This document shows, in pieces, positions 25,111 through 37,343 of a DNA stretch of 64,000 nt (positions are counted from its first letter, which is position 1; every line of letters starts with the position of its first letter). The stretch spans positions 247,046-311,045 of the forward strand of contig NW_003314396.1 in NCBI RefSeq assembly GCF_000143415.4. Reading direction: 5' to 3'. A program made the position numbers and the translations under genes. The stretch is from Selaginella moellendorffii (Eukaryota > Plantae > Lycopodiophyta). The notes beneath the pieces are model-generated. The model was not told the origin of the DNA. It saw nothing but the letters and a program-made list of their open reading frames with translations, and ran no database searches.

Positions 25111-25134
25111 TCCCACTTTAACGAAATAGAGCTT
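25111..25134 (-). repeat. Right TIR
   Basis: Reverse complement of 7099-7122. Confidence 0.9.
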
Positions 25135-26045
25135 GTCTTAGAGTCAGTCTTGGACTCGATCTTCGACTCGGTCCCATCTGATGAACTCTTTGTCATTTCG
25201 GTCATGCTTTTAGGGATCCTTTAGCTTACGGCATCTCGGGGAGTCGGTTCCTTACACTCGGACTCCATCTCAGACTCCATCTCGAACTCCATCTCGGGTC
25301 CACCTCAGACTCCATCTCGGACTCCATTTCGGGTCCATCTCGAGTCCATCTCGGACTCCTTCACGTGTCATGTGTTGGTCCTTTTGGGTCCCTTTTTAGA
25401 GCCTTGCTTATTGCTGGCTTCGTGCTTGTTCCTCGAGCACTTTGTTGGGAGTTCCACTCCCGCTCTCGACCTTTCAAGTCAAAGCTTTTAGTCCAAATGT
25501 GTTACACTCGTTTGGCTATTGCTTCGGCCACTACCACGTGGCACCATTCTGGCTCCACTTTGGGGCCTAGAGATTTTGTGTCTCACACTTTAATGGGGGG
25601 AGAGTGTCGCGAATGTAAAAGAGCATAAGAAAGGAATTCCCAAGTGTTTATTTAGCCAAGCATACTTGGCCCGGCTTGTTAGTTTTCTTTTGCTCTATCT
25701 TACACTAGCTTGGCAAGAACCCTCGCATATTAAGACTAGTCCCTCAATATCGCCAGATGATAGCTTACTATGTCTGCCAAACACCCTCGTTATTATGCAC
25801 CTTGCATTATGGTTAGTACCATTTAGTCCCAAATTCTATTTATGGGAAGTATATAGATTTGCCTATTTGGTATATTTATGGTATATAGAGATTGTCCTGA
25901 ACACAATAATATTCATTCTATATCTAAATTCACAATCTAGAAATATTCCATATTTAGTAAGTTTCAAGCTTGTCCCGGAAACTAACTATTAGTATGAAAG
26001 ATGGCTAAGGGTGAAAGCCCAAACTATGCATTCCTCAAGGGTCCC
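25135..26045. mobile_element. Stack of LTR fragments: family B (25135-25256, -), family C (25257-25587, -), PPT + family A LTR (25605-26045, +)
   Basis: Direct similarity to the LTRs defined elsewhere in the window, including their termini. Confidence 0.8.
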
Positions 26046-26499
26046 ACAGACGAAGGTATCCACCATGGGACTGCATATGGGTAAATGACTAATTGCGTCA
26101 CATGGAATAGGTAGTCTACACAATGGAAGGATTAGTAGATTCTGTGTGAAAATGGAGGTGTTGGTTCCCCTTGGCTTAATAAGGGTTGTTAATCAATAGT
26201 TAATAAAAACATTAACATTTCTAAAGGGGGGTTGAGTGTAGCACATGTGATTATGGGATGAGATTTGAATATATTATCACTGTGGATTTTTAGAACTTTG
26301 GGGGATAAATGGGGATAAATAGCCACTAAACGCTCTTTCATCAAGCAATTGCCCTTTTTTCTAGTTGGATTAAGGGGAAAGAAATAGGGTGCACTATAGT
26401 TAATTATAATAGGAACTTTCAAGTTACTTATTGTGTATTTGTGACTTAGGGGACTAAGACATGTGTGGGGGAGGGGCAATAGCACAAAAGAGTTTGATA

Positions 26500-27110
26500 A
26501 TATTTTTCTATCTGAATTTCCTTATAGATTGCCTCTATTAAAAAATATGGAGTATGAGATATACTAGAGCTAAGGACAATGCTAGTGTCCTAACATCCAT
26601 TTCAGCTAATCTATATAGAGGAGTAATAATAAGTCAAGGAGTTATATGAGTTTGGATTTATTTACCCAAGTAAGTCTCTATTTAACACACTAATCTTGCT
26701 TGTGAAAAAGAACGACTTAATACAAATGTGTAATGACTATTGTACTTTGAACAACATAAGGGTGAAATGACAATGTTGCATGTGGATAATATTTTAGACA
26801 ATCTTGGTGAAACCTTAGTATTTACCAAGATTAATTTTAGGAGTGGATATTATCATATTGCAATAAATAACACAATTATCTCTAAGATGGTATTTAACAT
26901 GATTTTCAGGCATTTTGAGTTTATAGTTATGCCATTTAGATTTATTAATACATCAATCACATTTACTCAGTCGATAATTGAAGTGTTTAGGCATTACTTA
27001 CATGAGTTTGTCAAGATTTTCTTGGGGTAAATTTTTTTTTTAAAAGAATATAGAGGAGTATAAGATGCAATTATGTAAGGTTCTTTTGTTATTATGTGGC
27101 AGCAAACTTT
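26500..27110 (+). pseudogene. Old AT-rich Gypsy reverse transcriptase relic
   Basis: FTKINFRSGYYHI and FEFIVMPF motifs in ORF 26740-27030. Confidence 0.7.
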
Positions 27111-27129
27111 ATGTGAATAATAACAATAA

Positions 27130-30087
27130 TGACTTGGCCCATGGGCCACCCCTTTTGAAGTTAGCACCTTTAACTAGGGGATTTGTCCCCCTGACTTGCC
27201 AATCTCACTTAGCAAGTCATCTAACCATCGTAACATGGTTCATGCATAAGCGTGAAAGTCCTTAACCATCGACTTTCATTCAAAGCCCTCTTTTTGAACA
27301 CTCGGGAACCACTTCCCCAACCTTGATGGCCTCGCCTCATGCCAGCTTCAAGACCACGCTTCTGCTGCGCCACTCTAATTTCACACGCCCTAAGAACCAT
27401 TTACACTCGGCTTTCTAGGTACTAAGCTACCGGGAACTTTGAAGGAACTCTGTCCCTTAGCTTGCCAAGGCCTCCCTTTTCACAAGCTTTTTAGTTGCCA
27501 TATAGTCTAACTTGGACAATTCCATATTTTAGACTCTCCATGACATCACAGTTGCTAGCAACAACACCCTCGAGCCCCCTCTTGATTCTCCACTCCCAAT
27601 TGGCATAACCACCCTTGATTCCTATGGTTTGGTTCTATCCCCTTACTACTTGCTTTTGGCTTCACACCTTTCCTTCGGTCATTCTGCTTCAGACTAGGAG
27701 GATAGCTTTGCACTTTCTATCATGCTTTAGCAAGTATTCTTAGGGATGAACCGACCCGATAACTTAGGGAGTGGTTCTTCAATCCAGGTATGCTCACCTT
27801 ATAATCCCACACACTGGGATTAATGTTGTTGCTTATGGGCCCTTACATGCTCATCACTAGCCTTGCCAAAATTCCATTTTTTGCTTTGTCCAATTCAGAT
27901 AGACAGTATTCTCCCGTCTCCGCAACCTTGGACATTTGGATAGCACCTTCTATCCATCATTCGCTAGGGACTTAGTCCCTTGGGCCTTATTTATTGCCCT
28001 CGCGACATCAAACACCACCTCCTGGTGTTCTATAGTGTTTTGATGTCCTAAAATAATGGCCTCTTTGACAATGAGCATTCCCTTTTTACAACATTAACTT
28101 ACTATATCGCAACATAAGCAATTTATCCCCCATAAGTGTATATCTAACTTCCTTATGCCATTAAGAAATCTTGGGTAGCTACCTTCTACCAGCTTAACCA
28201 ATTATCTTGCACATTTTACTTAGTTGCCTCATAATTGTCAAGTCCTACAACTCATTGCTGATGTTTCCACACTTCCATCATTGTTTTGGTCACCACACTC
28301 TACCACATGCCTTCCAGCTCAGGCTATGCCATTCCCATTTCCGTTGGGATTCCCTTGGCAAGGGGTTCTTATGAACCCACCAACATAACCTCAAGGTATC
28401 ACACCTTGGCACATTTGGTGTCTCCACACTATTGGCCCCACGAGCCTATCCTTATGACACTACTTATTAGTGTCTAGGTCTTTGCCAAGACCAATATGGT
28501 TGTTCCTCATGCTAACTATCCGTTAGCACTGCACCATAGTGTATGTACCCAACTCTAGGCCAAAGTTGCTTTCTTCTAGGAACATCTTTCCCACAACTTT
28601 AGTATGGCACATTCTGCCATCAATGAGATACCTACTGTTCTCATACTTGAATTTTATGATCCTCCCCATACCTCATGGGGCACCATACACCTTAGTCCAA
28701 ATGCTTCAACCAATCTTTTAGGACCATTCCCTGACTCCACTTGAGTCATCCAGCATTTTGGACTTTGCTAATCCAAAACCCTACGAGATTTTAGTCTTCG
28801 AGGTGCCAACTTGCTGGAATACAACTTCTTGTATCCCTGCCCTACTCACAAGGACAATCTTTGCAAGTGTTACTCCGACAATTGATGATTTTCTTGGGGC
28901 TAACCTTTGCCCCTTAGGACTACTTGTCCATGTGATGAGAATAACAACTCATCTTTAAGTACACCCCCAACTCCTTGGGTTTTTCCAGCATTTATTAGAG
29001 GTAGCCCTGGCTACCATTTCAAGGACTGGTGTCCTCTTCTATATTTAACCTCCCATGGTCACAAATTCCGGTCTCAAATTTATGAGTACCAGCCTCAACT
29101 ATATAAGGGTAATCTTGTGACTCCTTTATTGTTTTGGAGTCCACATCTTTCTTGTGATCCCAACTGTAGTTGTTTACCAGAACCACATCAACTAGTTTGC
29201 TAAGTCAAATGCTCATCTGGATCACATCCTCAACTCTCTGAGGAAACCCTTATACTGTTCCCAAGATCCCAAAGTCATTCCCTTACAGGCCCTTTTCTAT
29301 CCACCACATCACGCCCAAGTTCACGCATGAACTTGAGTGGAGAGCCATGTCCTCTCGATATGCTACTCTTCAAGGATAGGCCCACTCCTAGGACCTTTTG
29401 ATGCCAACATCAATGGTGATATACTTGAGCACCAATAAAAGTCGGACTAAGGAACCGCTCTGAGACCAAGTTGTAAACGACTAAATTTTCCATTCTACTT
29501 TAGTCACTTAACCACACCTCTGACCACTTGGAGGAGTCTCATTCACGACCTCCTTAAGTCCAATTCCGGACTTGGGACTTGCTAGTCTCGAGAATGGCAT
29601 CCATGCCACTCATCTCTTGCACTTGGTCTAAGTGCTCCACGTGTCCAGTCCCAAGACCGACACCCAAAGGTACCATTGACATATTGGCTCGTTACGCTAA
29701 AGCTATGCCCATTCACCTTTGCCGCACTAGTGGTCCAATACCACTTGCATCACAATCCCGTCTCCTAAGACTGGGCCGTCCGTCCATGAGTGGTCATCCC
29801 AGATCCACTCCTTAGCATCCTTAGGATGCCCACAGACATGGGGAATAACCTTCCCCAACATCCCTTTCTTAGTTCCTGCCAAGTCCCTTTTCCGTCCATG
29901 GCCATGTTCACCAATACTACCACTAGATCAAGGCCCGCAGGCCCGGCCACTAAGTCTCATTGTCCTCTGGGACTTCCTCACCATGTGATCGTATCTGTAG
30001 TCACTACACTAGAGGACTGCTCCTCTTCCTTACACCCATTTGGGACTTCGGGACAACATTTCGGAACACCGTGGCCCTACGCGAGCA
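27130..30087 (-). mobile_element. Degenerate family C LTR element: partial 5' LTR (29472-30087), PBS and decayed interior
   Basis: LTR segment matches 37344-37960. GCTCTGAGACCA at 29457-68 is a reverse-complemented decayed PBS. Confidence 0.7.
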
Positions 30088-31460
30088 CCAAAGGAAAAGA
30101 GAAGACTAGTCTTTGGCTTTGGGAGCAACTTAGACCCATCATTTTGGATGTTGGTCTTGAAAATGTTGTTCAAGTCATCACTGATAATGCTTCGAATTGT
30201 GTATCAATGGGGGAACATATGAGAGAAGAATTCCCCTTTATCTTACACAATCGATGCGTGTGCCATGTTTTGGACTTGTTATTGGAGGATATTGGGAAGT
30301 TTGATTGGGTGTCTAAGATCGTAAATGACTGTGAGAAGATCGTGAAGTTCATAATTGAGAAGCCGATGTTACTTGCTTTATTTTGAAAGTTCTGCTCTAG
30401 AGAACTCATGAAGCCTACAAAGACTCGATTTGCTTACATATTTCTTATGGTCAGCCAGCTCTATCATAAAGATGTTTTCCCGTGCCTTTGACGATTCATA
30501 GTGAGTGCAGAATTTGAATCGTCGAAGTGGTATAACACAAAGGATGCCAAAGATGTTCGTACAACAATTTTCAATGATGAATTTTGGAAGAACGCTTCTA
30601 CTTTATTGGTTATGGTAGCTCCTATTTTGAAAGTGTTACGTCTTGCCGATCATGAGGGCGCAACAACAAGATTAATTTATGAGGCAATATATCGTATGAT
30701 TAAAGGATTGGAGCTTGCAGCTCAAGATGGCAAGCTTGATGCGGATAAAATTGATGCAATTAAGTGTGTCTTGGTTGAAGACCAATATAGACAGAGAGCT
30801 CGATGGTTTATGATGCATAGTTCTATACACAGCATTGCACATGCTTTGAATCCTTCATACCTTGAGCAAGACTTGGATGCTGAGGTAAGAAGTAATTGGA
30901 TGGATTATTTATCACTCTATTGCTGTGGGGACACTCAGCTGGAAGAGAAGTTGGATGAGCAATTCAATATGTTTTGACAAGGAATTGGAAGAGCTATCAA
31001 TTGGGATTTGCAGAAGAGCAAAGCAAAAGGAAATTCCCAGTGTCTTGGTGAGAATCCTATGGATATGAGATGCTTGAGCTCAGGAAGTTAGCACTTCGTG
31101 TGTTGAGACAAGGAGTGTGCTCTTCTCCATGTGAGGGAAATTGGAGTAGTTGGAACTTGATCCAAACCAGACGACGCAATCGCTTACTTCTAGAGAACTT
31201 GAAGAAGTTGGTTTATGTGCACAGTAACACCAGAGTGGTGGATCGTATTGAAAGTGAAGGAATGAAGTTCAAAAGATCAATCTCGACACAATTGCAATCG
31301 AACCACAATGGATGAGGATTGTAGAGATGCAAGCTAGGCTTGAATCTCTTGGTATAGAAGATTTAGCCAAAGAAGATCTTCCAAATGAAGATGTGATTGT
31401 TGAGGAAGATGCCGGAGATGTCGAGGAACTTGCCAAAGATGTTAAAGAAGATGAGTAGTA
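30088..31460 (+). pseudogene. 5'-truncated hAT transposase (DUF659 and hAT dimerisation domains)
   Basis: VGLENVVQVITDNASN, CVCHVLDLLLEDIGK, ELRKLALRVL...CSSPCEGNWS...RRNRL. Several stops. Confidence 0.88.
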
Positions 31461-32728
31461 GTTGGTTTGGTTTGGTCTAATGCTTTGGTTTGGTTTGGTT
31501 TGGTCGGTTTAATGCTTTGGTTTTACTTTTATTAATGTGGTTTTTCTAAAAATTGTTTTTTTTTTCACAAAAATTTTGTGAACCATTTGGCCATTCGGCA
31601 TTTTCACAGCTGGTCGATAACCATAGTCGGCCGATCAGCCGGTCAGTGTTCAGAATAGTCGGGACCAACCATGCTCTTCACCAAGAGTAAGCACAAAATT
31701 GTTGCTTTGGTCCCTTTAGTGAGTTGTTCTCTTGTGGACACTAGGTTTAGGTAGGAGTCTTTGGCCTTACATTGCCCTACCTTTAGATCTTGGGCCTCCA
31801 CCTTGGATCGTTCTCCTCGGGCATTCGCCAGTACCACAAGGTTCTTACCTTGTCCATATAGGGTTATCACAAACCGATTGAACCAATCCATCCCGAAGAT
31901 TACGTCAAATCCCACCATGTCTAACACGATGAAATCCATGTCTACTTTCCATGTCCCTACTCGACTCTCGCTTGTCAAAGTACCTCATCGGTGCTTAGCT
32001 ACCTTGAACAAACTCTATAGTCCTTGGTTCACCCAGCTGTTGCACCGTTAGTCTGGCTTGCCAGACTATGTTTGCAGCCACATAATTATCCAAAGCACCC
32101 ATGTCAATAAGGATCTTAACAAAGCTACCTCCGAGCTTCCCTCGGAGGGTTAGTAGATGTTGCGAATGATTTTTTACCAAAGTTGCTCGTGTAATGCGTA
32201 ACTTTGAGTTAGGGACTAGATCACGTACGTCAATTTGAATTTCATCTGACTTAATGGCCATATTAGCTCTGGCCTTCTTCGGGTAGGGACATTCCCTTGA
32301 GAAGTGTCCTGCTTCACCGCAGTTGTAGCATACGTTGTTTCCCACGTTGCTAGCTGACTTGCCCTTTTTATCTATGGGTTTGTCTCTTTTTGCTTGACTC
32401 CCCCACATACTCGCTCCTTGGCTACAGGATCTGCCTTTCCGGAACCCCAAGGACTCATTCTTAGAGAAACTCTTCTTGAATTTCCCTTTGCTATATGTTC
32501 CCCTTGGTTTGGCCCCTTTGCTAAATGTGGACTCCAACCCCGTCATGTTCCCCTTTCATAGGTGATCATTGAAATGCACCTTGATAGCCGCATCCAATGC
32601 TTCCTTGTAGTTGGTCAGGTTCCAACACATCACCTCACCGCGAGCCCAGGTTTGCAAGCCTGATATGAAGGCATGGAATGCGTCTATATCACCCATATCC
32701 GTGACAAGTATCCTCTTTGCTATAAACC

Positions 32729-35321
32729 TGTGAAACACAAAATCCCTAGGCCCCAAAGTGGAGCCGGAAGGGTGCCACGTGGTAGTGGCCGAAGCGAAAG
32801 CCAAACGAGCGTAACACGTTTGGACTAAAAGCTCTGCCTTGAAAGGTCAAAAGCAGGAGTGGAACTCCCAACAAAGTGCTCGAGGAATGAGCATGAAACG
32901 AGCAATAAGCGAGGCTCTAAAAAAGGACCCAAAAGGACCAAAACATGACACATGGAAGTGTCCGAGATGGAGTCCGAGATGGACTAAGATGGAGTCCGAG
33001 ATGGACCGAGACAGAGTCCGAGATGGAGTCCGAGATGGACCGAGACGGAGTCTAAAATGGAGTCTGAGGTCAAGACCGAGACCGGGACCAAGACCAAGAC
33101 CGAGACTGAGACCGAGACCGAGATTAAGACCGAGACCGAGACCGAGATCGCGACCAAGACCGAGACCGAGGCCGAGGCCAAGGTCGAAAGGCAATGTTTC
33201 CCCAAGGATGGATTCCCAACCGCTCCGATTTGGCAAAAGTGGATGCTCTAAAGGGGGCAGTGGTAAGCTAGCCAACTAATAGGGCCGTAAGCAGCCCTAG
33301 CACAAATTATAATAACTAGAACTTAGTGCCAAAGGTGGCATAATATTAAAGAGAGGATGATGGTGCCCTCAAGTAAAGAACTTCCTAGGATAGGGGAGTG
33401 GAGTTGCACCATGTGCAACGTAGGGTGTCGGAGACACCTAGGAAATTGACTCTGAGAAGTTAAAATTAAAAGTTCCAAAGTGCAAAGGTTAGGTTGATGG
33501 AATCTGAGACAACTCGAGAATGAGAAGTGGAATTGAGTTAGAGAGGGTGTCTCTAACAAGTTTAGCAAAAACTGAACCAATAAAAGGGAGCAAACCACCC
33601 CAGATGGTCGAGTGAGTCTCTATATTGAAGAAATTATGCTCCTTAGAGGATAAACAAGGCATAGTGAGCCTTCGGTGTCAAACCATAGACAAATATTAGC
33701 TGGGTGCCAAGGATGGAAATGGTAATACATGCGGGTGTTACTTTATAAAAGGGTTTACCGTTCGATGAGGACATCAAACTTTGTCTATGGGTGGTGGAGT
33801 TATGAGACCCAAAATCCCTAGGCCCCAAAGTGGAGCCGGAAGGGCGCCACGTGGTAGCGGCCGAAGCGAAAGCCAAATGAGCGTAACACGTTTGGACTAA
33901 AAGCTCCACCTTGAAAGGTCGAGAGCGGGAGTGGAACTCCCAACAAAGTGCTCGAGGAATGAGCATGAAACAAGCAATAAGTGAGGCTCTAAAAAGGGAC
34001 CTAAAAGGACCAAAACATGACACGTGGAAGTGTCCGAGATGGAGTCTGAGATGGACCAAGACGGAGTCCGAGATGGACCAAGACGAAGTTCGAGATGGAG
34101 TCCGAGATGGACCGAGACGGAGTCTAAGATGGAGTCCGAGGTCAAGACCAAGACCGAGACCAAGACCCAGACCGGGACCGAGACTGAGACCGAGACCGGG
34201 ACCGAGACCGAGACCGAGACCGAGATTGAGACCAAGACCAAGACCGAGGCCGAGGCCGAGGTCGAGACCAAGCCCGAGCCCGAGCCCAAGCCTGAGTCCG
34301 AGTCCGAGTCCGAGTCCGAGTCTGAGAGGGTGAAATCCCAAAGCGTTCGTCTCCCAAACCCTAGGGGGTTTGGTGAGCTCCAAAAGTATAGTAAGAGGGA
34401 GGACTATAGTGGAGCCAATTTGGCCAAGAAAGGCTAGTTTGGCCCAGGAAGGCTGTACCCAGTGTTGGGTGATGAGCTGCCCACTGGGAAGTCCAAGACT
34501 AGAGTGAACATAAACTGACAAGCGGGGTAGCTTGGTGAAGTGTTCAAGAGCTGGCTCTAGTTCCCCCGGGAGATCAACTGGCCAATGCTCCCAGTCCAAG
34601 TGTGGGTGGCACTACCTACTTGGATACCAGGCGTCGCTCAACAGAACCTCACTCTAAGCCCATGGCTAGAGCACCCAAAGGTAGAAGGTGGGGAGAGTAC
34701 CCACGAGGCTCGCGTAAGGCCACGGTGTTCCGAAACATTGCCCCAAAGTCCCAGACTATGAAAAGGAAGAGGAGCCATCCTATAGTGTAGAAACCAAGGA
34801 TACGGTCATGTGAGGAGGAAGTCCCAAAGGACCGTGGGACTTAGTGGTCGGGCCTGTGGGCCTTGATCCAGTGGCAGTGTTGGCGAACACGGCCATGGGC
34901 AAAAAGGGACTTGGTGGTGACCGGAAAGGGGATATTGGGGAAGGCTATTCCCCATGTCCATAGGCATCTTAAAGATGCTAAGGAGTGGATCTAGGATGAT
35001 CACTCATGGACGGATGGCCCAGTCTTTGAGAGACGGGACTGTGATGTAGGTGGTGTCAGACCACTAATGTGAGCAAGGTGAATGGGCATGGCCTTAGCGT
35101 AATGGGCTGATGTGTTGGTGGTACCTTGGGGTGTCGGTCATGGGATCGGACACGTGGAGCACTCGGACCAACTGCAAAGGTTGAGTGGCGGGGATGCCAT
35201 TCTCGGGGCTAGCAAGCCCAAGTCCAAAATAGGACTTATGGAGGTTGTGAGTGAGACTCCTCCAAGTGGTCGGAGGTGTGGTTAAGTGACTAAAGTAGAT
35301 AGGAAAAATTAGTCGCTTACA
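32729..35321 (+). mobile_element. Internally deleted family C LTR element nested in family B gag
   Basis: TSD AAACC (32724-28 and 35322-26), partial 5' LTR 32729-~33185, PPT GGGTGGTGGAG ~33790-33800, full 3' LTR ~33801-35321. Confidence 0.9.
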
Positions 35322-35878
35322 AAACCCATTTACATACTCTTGAATGGTTTTTGTTTGCTTCAGCCTACTCTCATCCCTTAGGTGTAGAGTAGCATTTGGA
35401 GGAACATAAGTCACGTGGATCCTCACCTTTATCATTTCCAAAGTGGCCACTGGTCCTTCGTTGGCCTCTGTCGTTCTCCACCAAGACTTGGCATTATCTG
35501 CCAAGTATGGTTTTGCACATGGGACCTTCTTTGAGCTTGGTAACTGCAACACTTGGAAGTAGTCCTCCATATCGTAAAACCAGTCCTCCACCACCTTATA
35601 GTCATTCACTCCCTTGAAGACTGGTGGGGGCTTTGGTTTATACTTAGGAACTACTTGAGGGATTAATTCCATTTCAATCTGTTCGACCTTGTTTGGTTCT
35701 GCCTCAATCTCTGCCGAAGGGTCTGCACCTTTTGTGCTACTAGCATCCGCAATCTTTGGCTTTTTCTTCCGCTTCTCGTTATGCTTTAGCTTGCGTAAAA
35801 GAGTCTCCAACAAGGCATTAGTCTGTGCCAATTGTCCTTCTAGAACATTCAATTGAGCCTTGAATGACCGAACCTCAC

Positions 35879-36473
35879 TATAAGCAACCAAAGGGAACGA
35901 CTCGGGAGACAATCCATAGGGGTTCAAATATAGAGGGAAAGGGCCCATGAACAAGAGTGCACCCCCTTTTCCAATCGGTTAAGGGTCTTGGGATATTTGG
36001 GGTTAAGCGTCCTTGGGTTTGAATAGTACTGGGCTGGGTGACCTCTCGGGAAGTCCAAACTCAGGAGCTTACATTTGGTATCAGAGCGGTCTCGGGTCCG
36101 ACTCTGTTGGTTGGCTAGAGGAATCACACCAGATGTTGATTGACATCTGGCTGGTCCAGTTTGCTCCCGCAGGGCTCGACCCAAGGGGTAGGGTGTCAAG
36201 AGAGCGGGGCTCTCGGGAAAGCTGTGGCTCTCAGCTTTCGTTCACGAGGGCGTGAACTTGCAGGGAAGCGTGGTGGATTGTTAGTAACTAAAGGGAACGA
36301 CTCGAGAGACGATCCATAGGGGTTCAAATATAGAGGGAAAGGGCCCATGAACAAGAGTGCACCCCCTTTTCCAATCGGTTAAAGGTCTTGGGATATTTGG
36401 GGTTAAGCATCCTTGGGTTTGAATAGTATTGGGCTGGGTGACCTCTTGGGAAGTCCAAACTCAGGAGCTTACA
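35879..36473 (+). mobile_element. Cassandra-type TRIM with 5S rRNA-derived segments in its LTRs
   Basis: 195-bp LTRs 35879-36073 and 36279-36473, PBS TGGTATCAGAGC 36076-87, purine-rich PPT before 36279, TSD CTCAC. Each LTR has GTTAAGCGTCCTTGGG..TAGTACTGGGCTGGGTGACCTCTCGGGAAGTCC, matching the plant 5S A-box/IE/C-box region. Confidence 0.92.
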
Positions 36474-37343
36474 CTCACCACCGAACTCCTATTTGGAAGT
36501 TTCCTCACTGGAGTCCTCCTTATGCAAGGATTCCTCATCCATAGCCTCTTGTTCGACCAGAGGCTCCAGCTCTGGAGGTTTCATCTCCGCCTTGGTTTGT
36601 TTACGCCCCGCCTTTGCCATATTCTAGCAATCCACCTCTATCCTTGGAAAAGGCTTTGATACTAAATTATAAGCCACAAATTTTTTCTTTTCAAATTTGT
36701 TAGCTTACTTTGTTCATCCAACCAACACCACCTTGGCCTTTGCTAAGTTCTTTAGCCAAAGTTAACACCTATTGCACCAGCTCTTACTTGGTCCTACTTG
36801 GTTTCAACTACTCACTACACGAGTAATGGAGCATTAGCCATCCATCTATGGATTCCAAAATCTCTCCTAATCCCCCTCCCCGGGTTAGTCTGGACTTAAG
36901 GTTTGGCTACACTCCCCACAGACACAAGCAGCCAAGCACACCAAGCCTTCGGGTTCCTAACATCCCTTGGTATAATAAGGCTTGATCATGGGACCCTCTA
37001 AATCCCAAGCCTTGGGTGCAACACTTGCTTCGGGGAAACCGATTGCGGTGCTCCCGGCTCATGTGGAGTGGTGCCTTACTTGAGTACCTTGTGGCTCATT
37101 GGTCCTTGCGCTTCCTAGGGGCTTGGGTCTTCCCTTTGGGATGGAAGTGGGGGGGTAGAGGTACCTATATCGGGCCGTTAGGCCATAGTGTTTCCCCCCG
37201 GCGTCCCTTCTAGGAGTGGAAGCTACTCTTAAGCACTTCCTTGAGTGGCCCCTCTGGCACCACCCGAGTCCATGCTCACTCCCACGCAAGGCCCCTTGGC
37301 CTCAGTCTCAACCTAAAGTTAGTTTGGAAGCACCACTAGAGAG

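Larger units (their letters stand above)
7099..25134. mobile_element. Large two-gene TIR DNA transposon (Sola-like/DUF7869-type transposase plus accessory gene), carrying a nested LTR element
   Basis: 24-bp perfect TIRs: AAGCTCTATTTCGTTAAAGTGGGA (7099-7122) and TCCCACTTTAACGAAATAGAGCTT (25111-25134). Homology to the flanking retroelements stops at the TIRs. Contains a DDD transposase. Confidence 0.88.

Noticed and set aside
31570-31665. Exact hAT 3' TIR
   Set aside because: CGG-rich subterminal-like sequence is present, but the 5' end is missing, so the terminus and TSD cannot be fixed.
36000-36457. Two 5S rRNA genes
   Set aside because: Only the internal ~58 bp match 5S, and they are parts of TRIM LTRs.
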